Of a DNA stretch of 16,608 nt, positions 1 to 6,527 are shown piece by piece (positions within the stretch are counted from its first letter, which is position 1; every line of letters begins with the position of its first letter). The position numbers and the translations under genes are program-made. Source of the stretch: Candidatus Eiseniibacteriota bacterium (GTDB lineage: Bacteria; Eisenbacteria; RBG-16-71-46; JABDJR01; JAWXBZ01); the NCBI GenBank assembly GCA_034440375.1, contig JAWXBZ010000128.1, forward strand, positions 1 through 16,608, written 5' to 3'. The notes beneath the pieces are model-generated. The model worked only from the letters and a program-made list of their open reading frames with translations, was not told where the DNA came from and made no database searches.

Positions 1-4
1 TCCC

Positions 5-13
5 TGCTATTTT
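5..13 (+). promoter_or_regulatory. Putative extended -10 promoter element (TGcTATTTT), probably giving a leaderless tatD mRNA
   Basis: TGn-TANNNT ends 6 nt before ATG 20, and there is no Shine-Dalgarno in between. The -35 region is outside the window. Confidence 0.45.
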
Positions 14-19
14 CATCGT

Positions 20-784
20 ATGGATCTGATTCCCGACGCGCATTGTCATCTGGACGAAATCGACGACCCGATCGGCGCCGTGCATGCGGCGCGCGCCGCC
101 GGTGTCGGGCCGATTCTCGCCATCGGCATGGATCGCATTTCCAGTCGGAAGACGCTGGAACTGGCCCCGCAGCTCGTTGGATTGATTCACACCGGGGTCG
201 GCATTCATCCATCGTACGTGCCGGAGTGGGATGACGAGCGGCTCGAGTCGGAATTTGCCTATGTCCAGGAGACACTGGCCTCGGTCGACTGCCTCGGCGA
301 GGTGGGGCTGGATTACAAGGACGCCGTCGGGCCGGAGCAGCGGGCGCGGCAACAGATGATTCTCGATCGGCAGCTCGGCCTGGCGGCCGACCTGCGAAGA
401 CCGGTGTCGTTTCACAGCCGCCGCGCCGAGCGTCCCAGCGTGGCCCGGGCCACCGAGTTTGCCCGATCGACAGGCCTCGGCATCAATCTCCATTGGTTCA
501 CACACTCCGAAAAGATGGCCCGAAAGTGCGGCGAGGCCGGCGTCTACATTTCATGCGGCCCGGCCATCCTCTGGCGGGAGGAGCAGGCACGGGTGGCCTC
601 GCTCATCCACGAGGATTTCCTGCTCACCGAGACCGACTGCCCCGTCCCCTTCAACGACGAGTCGGCCCGGCCGGCCTGGGCCGCCCGCGTGGCCGCCCGC
701 CTGGCCGAACTTCGGGGCGAATCGCCCACCGACCTGACGGCCCGCCTGGCCCGAAATTTTCGACGGTACATGGGGTGGGCCTGA
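20..784 (+). CDS. tatD: TatD family metal-dependent hydrolase/DNase
   Basis: TatD motifs are present in order: DAHCHLD (HxH), GIHP, GEVGLDY, FHSR, LHWF, ETDCP. Length 254 aa. Confidence 0.93.
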   Translation: MDLIPDAHCHLDEIDDPIGAVHAARAAGVGPILAIGMDRISSRKTLELAPQLVGLIHTGVGIHPSYVPEWDDERLESEFAYVQETLASVDCLGEVGLDYKDAVGPEQRARQQMILDRQLGLAADLRRPVSFHSRRAERPSVARATEFARSTGLGINLHWFTHSEKMARKCGEAGVYISCGPAILWREEQARVASLIHEDFLLTETDCPVPFNDESARPAWAARVAARLAELRGESPTDLTARLARNFRRYMGWA

Positions 785-814
785 ATCCTCCCGGTCGGAC
801 TCCCGGACCTTCCG

Positions 815-823
815 TGTTAGAAT
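815..823 (+). promoter_or_regulatory. Putative extended -10 promoter (TGtTAGAAT) for the DNRLRE gene
   Basis: TGnTAGAAT in the 785-879 intergenic region. SD-like GAGGA at 867-871 precedes ATG 880. Confidence 0.45.
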
Positions 824-879
824 TGAGGCCGCTCGAAAATTGCATCACGGTCCACCAACAGGCAGCGAGGAACATCCCC

Positions 880-1617
880 ATGACACGACAGATAGCGTCG
901 ACACTTCTTGCCCTGACCGTTCTCGGCGCCGGAGCGGCACGGGCCGACATGACGACGTTGACCCCGGCCCAGGACAACACGCTTTACATCGATGCTTCGG
1001 GCGCCGTCAGTAACGGTGCGGGCCCGACCATGTTCTCAGGCAAGACGGGTGTTTTCGGCACCGGGGCGCGCCGGGCGCTGGTGCAGTTCAACGTGGCGGG
1101 GGGCATTCCATTTGGAGCGACGATCACCGCCGTCCAACTTCGCCTCTTCATGAGCCAGAGTGTCACAGGCGCCTCTCCAATCGGTCTGCGCCGGGTGACG
1201 AACAGCTGGGGCGAGGGAATTTCCGATGGCGGCCCCACGGGCGGGCAGGGCGCCCCGTCCGAGGCCAACGACGCCACCTGGGTCCACCGATTCTTCCCAG
1301 GTGTCAACTGGACGACCCAGGGCGGCGATTTTGCCGCGTCAAACAGCGCTTCCATCAACGTGGGCGGCCTCGGTTTCTACACCTGGGGCTCGACAGCCGC
1401 GATGGTGGCCGATGTTCAGTCGTGGCTCGATGTGCCCGCCGGCAACAACGGGTACCTCCTGCTGGGCAACGAGGTGACGGACGGATCGGCCAAGCGTTTT
1501 GACACGCGCGAATCGACCACCACCGGCAATCGTCCCCAGCTGATCGTGACCTACGATCCGCCGGCCGTCGGCGTCGAGTCGTCCACCTGGAGCCGGATCA
1601 AGACGCTTAATCAGTAG
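880..1617 (+). CDS. Secreted DNRLRE-domain (CBM96-like) protein with a C-terminal 'TWxxIK' tail
   Basis: Start moved from ORF-track 493 to ATG 880, based on the SD and a Sec signal MTRQIASTLLALTVLGAGAARA|D. DNRLRE-type motifs: QDNTLY, RRALVQFNV, GATITAVQLRL, VQSWLD..NNGYLL, FDTRE, RPQLIVTY. Length 245 aa. Confidence 0.8.
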   Translation: MTRQIASTLLALTVLGAGAARADMTTLTPAQDNTLYIDASGAVSNGAGPTMFSGKTGVFGTGARRALVQFNVAGGIPFGATITAVQLRLFMSQSVTGASPIGLRRVTNSWGEGISDGGPTGGQGAPSEANDATWVHRFFPGVNWTTQGGDFAASNSASINVGGLGFYTWGSTAAMVADVQSWLDVPAGNNGYLLLGNEVTDGSAKRFDTRESTTTGNRPQLIVTYDPPAVGVESSTWSRIKTLNQ

Positions 1618-1641
1618 GCCCTGGTAGCAGGAATTCATGAA

Positions 1642-1679
1642 AGGCCGGGCGGCGCAGTTTGCCCGGCCTCTCTTTTTTT
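1642..1679 (+). terminator. Rho-independent terminator
   Basis: Perfect 9-bp stem AGGCCGGGC (1642-1650) / GCCCGGCCT (1661-1669) followed by CTCTTTTTTT, about 25 nt after the DNRLRE stop. Confidence 0.85.
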
Positions 1680-1699
1680 CCGTTTCCTTTGCGGGCGAG

Positions 1700-1728
1700 T
1701 TTAAAACTAAGCGTTTGTTTAGTATTAT
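1700..1728 (+). promoter_or_regulatory. Putative promoter (TTTAAA-17-TATTAT) overlapped by an operator-like palindrome ACTAAGC-GTTT-GTTTAGT
   Basis: AT-rich island. The -10 TATTAT (1723-1728) ends 6 nt before GTG 1735. An imperfect inverted repeat at 1706-1723 fills the spacer. Confidence 0.5.
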
Positions 1729-1734
1729 GATCTG

Positions 1735-2781
1735 GTGAAACTCACTCCTACCGCCAATCCGCCGCATCGCTGGAGCGGGCTCCGACTCGACTACGACGAG
1801 GTGCCGCCGCCACCGGCGGACCTGGTCATCTTCGAGGAGCGGGCCAGGACCATCCTGTCAGCCAATGACAGTCCGGATATCAGCTTCAAGTGGAGCCTGA
1901 ATCCCTACCGCGGCTGCTTCCATGGATGTGCCTACTGCTATGCGCGCCCATCGCACAGCTACTGGGATTTCGGGGCCGGCACCGACTTCGAACGAAAGAT
2001 CGTGGTCAAGGTCAACGCGCCAGAGAAGCTGCGGGAATCGTTCTTGAAACCATCCTGGTCGGGTGAGGTCGTGGCGTTTTCGGGTAACACCGACTGCTAC
2101 CAGCCGCTCGAAATCCAGTACGAGCTGACGCGCCGCTGCCTCGAGGTCTGCCTGGAATTCCGAAATCCGGTCGGGATCATCACGAAGGGATCGATCGTCC
2201 GGCGCGATGTCGATCTCCTGGCGGCCCTGGCCAGGACGGCCCGGGCGTCTGTTTACGTCAGCATTCCATTCGCCGACGAGGAAATGGCCCGGGCGCTGGA
2301 GCCCTGGGCACCGTCACCGAAAGCCAGGTTCGATACCCTGCGGATACTGTCGGAGGCCGGTATTCCGACCGGCGTGTCGATCTCACCGATCATTCCGGGG
2401 CTCAACGACAGCCAGATCGCCGAGGTGCTGGAACGCGCCGCTCTGGCCGGTGCCACGCGGGCCTTCCACATTCTATTGCGGCTCCCGAACGAGGTGAAGC
2501 CGATTTTCTTCGAACGACTGGCCGCGGCCTATCCCGACCGCGTGGACAAGGTGAGGAACGGCATCAAGGCCGTCCGCGGCGGCGCCATCAATGATTCGCG
2601 ATTCGGCCATCGCATGACAGGCGCAGGCCCTCGCTGGGAGGCCGCCCGCTACCTCTTCGATTCCACCTGCCGGCGGCTCGGGCTGAACGGCAAGCGTCAA
2701 ACGGAATTCGACGAAGACGTCGCCACCACCTTTCGGCGGCCGGGCGATCAGCTCGGGTTGTTTGAAACCCCGGCCGGCTGA
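1735..2781 (+). CDS. PA0069/Rv2578c-family radical SAM protein (SplB-like, putative DNA repair)
   Basis: SLNPYRGCFHGCAYCYARP (CxxxCxxC), DFERKIVVKVNA, SGNTDCYQP, IITKG, PIIPGLND, LRLP, and a C-terminal QLGLF. Confidence 0.9.
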   Translation: MKLTPTANPPHRWSGLRLDYDEVPPPPADLVIFEERARTILSANDSPDISFKWSLNPYRGCFHGCAYCYARPSHSYWDFGAGTDFERKIVVKVNAPEKLRESFLKPSWSGEVVAFSGNTDCYQPLEIQYELTRRCLEVCLEFRNPVGIITKGSIVRRDVDLLAALARTARASVYVSIPFADEEMARALEPWAPSPKARFDTLRILSEAGIPTGVSISPIIPGLNDSQIAEVLERAALAGATRAFHILLRLPNEVKPIFFERLAAAYPDRVDKVRNGIKAVRGGAINDSRFGHRMTGAGPRWEAARYLFDSTCRRLGLNGKRQTEFDEDVATTFRRPGDQLGLFETPAG

Positions 2782-4004
2782 GGGCGGGGCACGAATCGCT
2801 TGAGCGAAAGGAACGGGCGCTCCCAGGCGTGCCAGAGGAGCCACGCGGCCAGGCTCACGGCACCGATGGCAATGGCCAGGAAGAGAAGCTGGTTGCCAAA
2901 GAGGGCGGGGCCGCTCAAATCCAGATACCGACTCACAGGGTCGAGAAATTTCCGCAGCGCGTTCCGAATCGGCATGTGAAGCAGGTACATGCCGTAGGAG
3001 TACCGACCGAAGAATCTCAGGGGCCGGCTCGTGACGATGCGGGCAAGCCTGGATGAAGCCGGCGCTTCGATGCAGATGGCCAGGCCACCGGCCGCGAGGC
3101 CTCCGACGAAGGTCAGGCCCAGTATGACCCCGGGCGCGGTGAAGCCGTTCAGCCACTGGCCGAGCTGCATCAACACAAGGCCGGAAGCCGACCCGGCCGC
3201 CAGCCACGCCGCCGCTTTCCGGAGCCGATGCCGCGGAACGAGATCCGGCGCGCGGTACAGCCCGGCCAGGAGGCCTCCGAGCGCCAGCGCGTCAAGGCGT
3301 CCGGGTGTCAGGAGATAGGCATCGAGCCAGCTGCCGTTCGAGAACCCGATGGCGGCCCGGATGATCGGGCTGGCCAGCACCACCGTTGCCGAGGCGACCA
3401 GCAGGGCACGCCCACGCAGCAATCCGACCAGGACTGCCCAGAGGAGATAGAATTGTTCCTCGATCGCGAGGCTCCAGGTGACATCCAACCCCTGCAGACC
3501 AAACCCCTCGCGGATGGAGAAGAGGATGTTGGAGGCAAAAAGATAGTACCAGGCGGCGTCGGCCCCTTCGGCGCTCCAGCGCATCGCCTGCCCGATGTTT
3601 CCGGGGTCACTGGCCAGGATGGCGGGCCACGCAACCAGCAAGAACGTCAGCACCAGGTAGTAGAGCGGGACAATTCGAAGAACGCGACGGCCGAAAAAAC
3701 TGGTCAGGTAGCCGGGACGTCCCCGGGTGTCGATCAGGATGCCGGTGATGAGAAAACCAGACAGAACGAAGAAGAGGTCGACGCCGTGCTTTCCGAGATC
3801 AAGAAAGTTGATGACGGCCCGCTCGACCGTACCCGCCGGGTGCAGGATATTGAAGTGGTGAAAAAGCACCAGCAGGATGGCCACACCCCGGAGCCCGTCG
3901 AGCGCCGGGAGGTGGCCATGGATGTCGGATGACCCCGCGCCGGGCTCCCCGTCGGAGGCCGCGACGGGGGAGCGGTTCAGGGCTGTATTCCGTCGGCAAT
4001 CCAC
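2748..4004 (-). CDS. Acyltransferase-3 family (OafA/YrhL-like) membrane O-acyltransferase
   Basis: LPALDGLRGVAILLV, GVDLFFVLSGFLIT, RRVLRIVPLYY, TWSLAIEEQFYLLW, GRYSYGMYLLH, ERPF, and about 10 hydrophobic segments. The start is uncertain and may lie 10-25 codons downstream. No SGNH domain. Confidence 0.9.
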   Translation of the reverse strand: MDCRRNTALNRSPVAASDGEPGAGSSDIHGHLPALDGLRGVAILLVLFHHFNILHPAGTVERAVINFLDLGKHGVDLFFVLSGFLITGILIDTRGRPGYLTSFFGRRVLRIVPLYYLVLTFLLVAWPAILASDPGNIGQAMRWSAEGADAAWYYLFASNILFSIREGFGLQGLDVTWSLAIEEQFYLLWAVLVGLLRGRALLVASATVVLASPIIRAAIGFSNGSWLDAYLLTPGRLDALALGGLLAGLYRAPDLVPRHRLRKAAAWLAAGSASGLVLMQLGQWLNGFTAPGVILGLTFVGGLAAGGLAICIEAPASSRLARIVTSRPLRFFGRYSYGMYLLHMPIRNALRKFLDPVSRYLDLSGPALFGNQLLFLAIAIGAVSLAAWLLWHAWERPFLSLKRFVPRPQPAGVSNNPS

Positions 4005-4195
4005 TGGTCGAGCTTCGCAATCCAGTCGTCTGGCCAGCCGCCGCCGGGAGGCATCGTCTTTTCGCGCAGGGCTGCAGCGATGCGGGGCAGGTCGCGCTTG
4101 AAGTCGGCATAATCCCAGAGGTCAAATGCAAACAGCATCTGATTCCGGTCCTCTTCACGGATCATCGGCTTGATGTCTTTTTCGAAACTGAGCAC
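3977..4195 (-). CDS. Small conserved-type hypothetical protein (72 aa) with a cytochrome-c-like pattern but no CxxCH
   Basis: Strong SD (TAAGGAGG) before GTG 4195. Pattern SFEKDIKP...FDLW.Y...MPP...WP...LDQWI..G..P. Confidence 0.8.
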   Translation of the reverse strand: MLSFEKDIKPMIREEDRNQMLFAFDLWDYADFKRDLPRIAAALREKTMPPGGGWPDDWIAKLDQWIADGIQP

Positions 4196-4264
4196 GCTCG
4201 CTCCTCCTTACCGGGTAAAGCCCTGGGCGCGGATCGACGACCGCTGCCAGTCAAAAGCGGCGAA

Positions 4265-4273
4265 ATAGTAGCA
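4265..4273 (-). promoter_or_regulatory. Putative extended -10 promoter (TGcTACTAT) for the 72-aa/acyltransferase unit
   Basis: The reverse complement of 4265-4273 is TGCTACTAT, about 70 nt upstream of GTG 4195. It overlaps the start codon of the divergent gene. Confidence 0.4.
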
Positions 4274-4998
4274 TGAGGCGGAGTCCATGGCTGGCCCGAT
4301 TCGCCGGGATCGTGCTCCTGCTCGGATTCGGTTTCGCGGGCCTCGAATTCCTTCGGGGTCGTCGGGGGCCGCTGCCCGCGCCCACCGAGGACTCGAAGGT
4401 GGCCGGAAGGAACATGCTCAACCGGATGCTGGACATGACCGGCGCCCGCTGGACAACGACCGACCCCGTGTCGTTCATCGTCACCCCCATCCGGTTCGGC
4501 CGTCCGGAACCGGATCTGGCCATTCGACTCGATCCGCGGAGCCGAATCCTTTCGGTCCAACCGGGCCCGGGGGCGGGGGAGCCGATCGTCTTCGACCCGG
4601 CGGACGGTTCTCTCAGGCCCGACGGCGACGCGACGCTCCGGACGCTTCTCCCCTCGATCGATTTCTGGGCGATTGCGCCGGGGGTATTCGACGATCCGAA
4701 CGTGATTCTGTGGCGGCTGCCGGACGCGGAGGGGCGCGCCCGGGTGGCGGTCCGCTGGCCCAACGAGGCTGACTGGTTCATTCTCGAGTCGGCGCCCGGG
4801 AGCGATCGCCTGGAATCGCTGGAATTCGTTGATGCGCGTTTCGGCGTGTTCCTTCGCTGGCGGGGATTTTACGATGGACCGCTTCCGGGCGGCGCGGCGC
4901 CGTTGCCCGCGGCCTGGCGATTCCGGGCCGCCTCGCCGGTCCTGGATGCCCTGCTCGGTCGACGCGAGCTGGTGGCACTCCGCTTTCGCCATAATTGA
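4273..4998 (+). CDS. Hypothetical protein with an N-terminal signal/membrane anchor
   Basis: 241 aa with a basic N-terminus and a hydrophobic helix (MRRSPWLARFAGIVLLLGFGFAGLEF). It fills the gap between neighbours. No family recognised. Confidence 0.7.
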   Translation: MRRSPWLARFAGIVLLLGFGFAGLEFLRGRRGPLPAPTEDSKVAGRNMLNRMLDMTGARWTTTDPVSFIVTPIRFGRPEPDLAIRLDPRSRILSVQPGPGAGEPIVFDPADGSLRPDGDATLRTLLPSIDFWAIAPGVFDDPNVILWRLPDAEGRARVAVRWPNEADWFILESAPGSDRLESLEFVDARFGVFLRWRGFYDGPLPGGAAPLPAAWRFRAASPVLDALLGRRELVALRFRHN

Positions 4999-5017
4999 TG
5001 CCGCTATCGCCGCCGGC

Positions 5018-5026
5018 TGATAAGAT
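5018..5026 (+). promoter_or_regulatory. Putative extended -10 promoter (TGaTAAGAT) for the 5036-8374 operon
   Basis: TGn-TAAGAT ends 9 nt before ATG 5036, with no SD. Confidence 0.35.
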
Positions 5027-5035
5027 CGATACCCC

Positions 5036-5263
5036 ATGTTTACCGGCCTCTGCGCGTCCTGCGTGCATCATCGATGGATAATCTCCGGGCGGGGCAGCCG
5101 GTTTCTGTTCTGCGAGTACTCGAAGCACGATCCCGCCTTCCCCAAGTATCCGCCGCTCCCCGTATTCGACTGCTCCGCCTGCACCCCTCCCGGAAACGAC
5201 GCCGGCGGGCTCGGGCAGACTGGGCGTTCTCTGGGTGGCGATGTCGACGAGGAGAAACCATGA
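5036..5263 (+). CDS. Small Cys-rich putative metal-binding protein (75 aa)
   Basis: GLCASC...RGSRFLFC...DPAFPKYPPLPVFDCSAC (C6, C9, C26, C46, C49). The stop overlaps the next start (ATGA 5260-5263). Confidence 0.75.
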   Translation: MFTGLCASCVHHRWIISGRGSRFLFCEYSKHDPAFPKYPPLPVFDCSACTPPGNDAGGLGQTGRSLGGDVDEEKP

Positions 5264-5940
5264 CCGAGCGATATCCGTTCATCCCATATCAGCGGGAACG
5301 CCTTGAGCCCGGGGAAATGGCGCGCCGGGCCGCACAGTTTCAAGAGGCGATGGCCAATCGCCGCAGCCTCCGCGAGTTCTCATCCGATCCGGTGCCGAAG
5401 GAACTCATCGAGACGGCCATCCGCGTGGCCGGTGGCGCGCCATCCGGGGCCAACCGGCAACCCTGGACCTTTGTCCTCATCGACGATCCGGCACTGAAGA
5501 GTGCCATCCGCAACGCGGCGGAGGCCGAGGAGCGGCAGAATTACGAAGGTGGACGATTTCCGCCGGAGTGGCTGGAAGCGCTGGCCCCCCTGGGCACATT
5601 TTGGCACAAGTCCTTTCTTGAAACGGCTCCCTGGCTGGTCGTCGTTTTTCGGCAGGACCAGAACAGGGCCGCCGACGGATCAACGGAAAAAAATTACTAC
5701 GTGTCGGAGTCGGTCGGCATCGCCTGCGGCTTCTTCATTGCGGCCATTCACCAGATGGGACTGGCCACGCTGACGCACACCCCGTCACCGATGGGTTTCC
5801 TAAGGGAACTGCTGAACCGACCCGTTCAGGAGAAACCGTATCTCCTGCTCCCGATCGGCTTTCCCGCCGAGGGCGCCGTCGTGCCGGACATCTCCCGAAA
5901 ATCACTGGATGAAATCGTTCAGTGGAACGCAGGCTCCTGA
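5260..5940 (+). CDS. iyd: Iodotyrosine deiodinase-like nitroreductase (FMN-dependent reductive dehalogenase)
   Basis: Start moved to ATG 5260 (SD GAGGAG, ATGA coupling). Motifs: RRSLREFS, APSGANRQPW, lid region AEAEERQNY...EWLEALAPLGTFWHKSFLETAPWL, YYVSESVGIACG, GLATLTHTPSPM. Length 226 aa. Confidence 0.85.
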   Translation: MTERYPFIPYQRERLEPGEMARRAAQFQEAMANRRSLREFSSDPVPKELIETAIRVAGGAPSGANRQPWTFVLIDDPALKSAIRNAAEAEERQNYEGGRFPPEWLEALAPLGTFWHKSFLETAPWLVVVFRQDQNRAADGSTEKNYYVSESVGIACGFFIAAIHQMGLATLTHTPSPMGFLRELLNRPVQEKPYLLLPIGFPAEGAVVPDISRKSLDEIVQWNAGS

Positions 5941-6527
5941 TACTCGCGGCCCTTGCGGCCGCGAGGCGCTTTGATGAGATCCCGGCGGCGGTTTGCGAGG
6001 CAGGCCTGGCTGGGGCCACCGGCGCCGCCATCCGGGAAACAGTGGTGTTTCTCGTCCCCTATTGCGGCTGGCCCACGGCACTCAACGCCATGATGGCCGT
6101 GGCGGGCGAGACACCGGATCTGCTGGCGGCACCGGGTGAAAGCCCCCTCGACACCGCCGATCGCGCGCACCGCCGATTGCTCGGCCTCGAAACGGCCCGA
6201 GCGGTCAATGACCAGTTTGATCGCGTGGCGGAACGGATCGCCTCGATCGATCCGGCCCTGGTCGATCATCTCCTGGAGTCGGCGTACGGCTATGTCTATA
6301 ACCGGCCCGGCCTCAATCTCCGCGAACGGGAGCTTCTGGCCGTCGTCCTCCTGGCGATGCAGCGGCACGAGCGCCAATTGCGGTACCACCTGCGCGGGGC
6401 ACAGAACGCCGGAGCCTCCGTGCAGGAAATTGAGGACACCATCAACGCCCTGAGGGATGTCGATTCCGAGGTGTCAGCGTGGGCTCGCGATGTCTGGAAC
6501 GGAATGCGTCGGCGGATCGATTCGTGA
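5922..6527 (+). CDS. Carboxymuconolactone decarboxylase (CMD/AhpD-like) family protein with tandem CMD segments
   Basis: ETVVFLVPYCGWPTALNAM and AYGYVYNRPGLNLRERELL...QLRYHLRGAQNAGAS..EI. The AhpD CxxC motif is absent. Confidence 0.85.
   Translation: MERRLLILAALAAARRFDEIPAAVCEAGLAGATGAAIRETVVFLVPYCGWPTALNAMMAVAGETPDLLAAPGESPLDTADRAHRRLLGLETARAVNDQFDRVAERIASIDPALVDHLLESAYGYVYNRPGLNLRERELLAVVLLAMQRHERQLRYHLRGAQNAGASVQEIEDTINALRDVDSEVSAWARDVWNGMRRRIDS

Noticed and set aside
20-784. TatD as part of an anti-phage system (e.g. QatD)
   Set aside because: No defence partner genes lie downstream and it appears to have its own promoter. The upstream context is not visible.
788-806. Short direct repeat CTCCCGG x2 after tatD
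   Set aside because: Too short and GC-rich to be significant.
493-879. N-terminal extension of the 374-aa ORF
   Set aside because: It overlaps tatD out of frame. The SD and signal peptide place the start at 880.
4162-5037. 291-aa and 176-aa minus-strand ORFs
   Set aside because: Low-complexity Arg/Pro-rich translations. The plus-strand 4273-4998 ORF has a credible signal anchor and fits between its neighbours.
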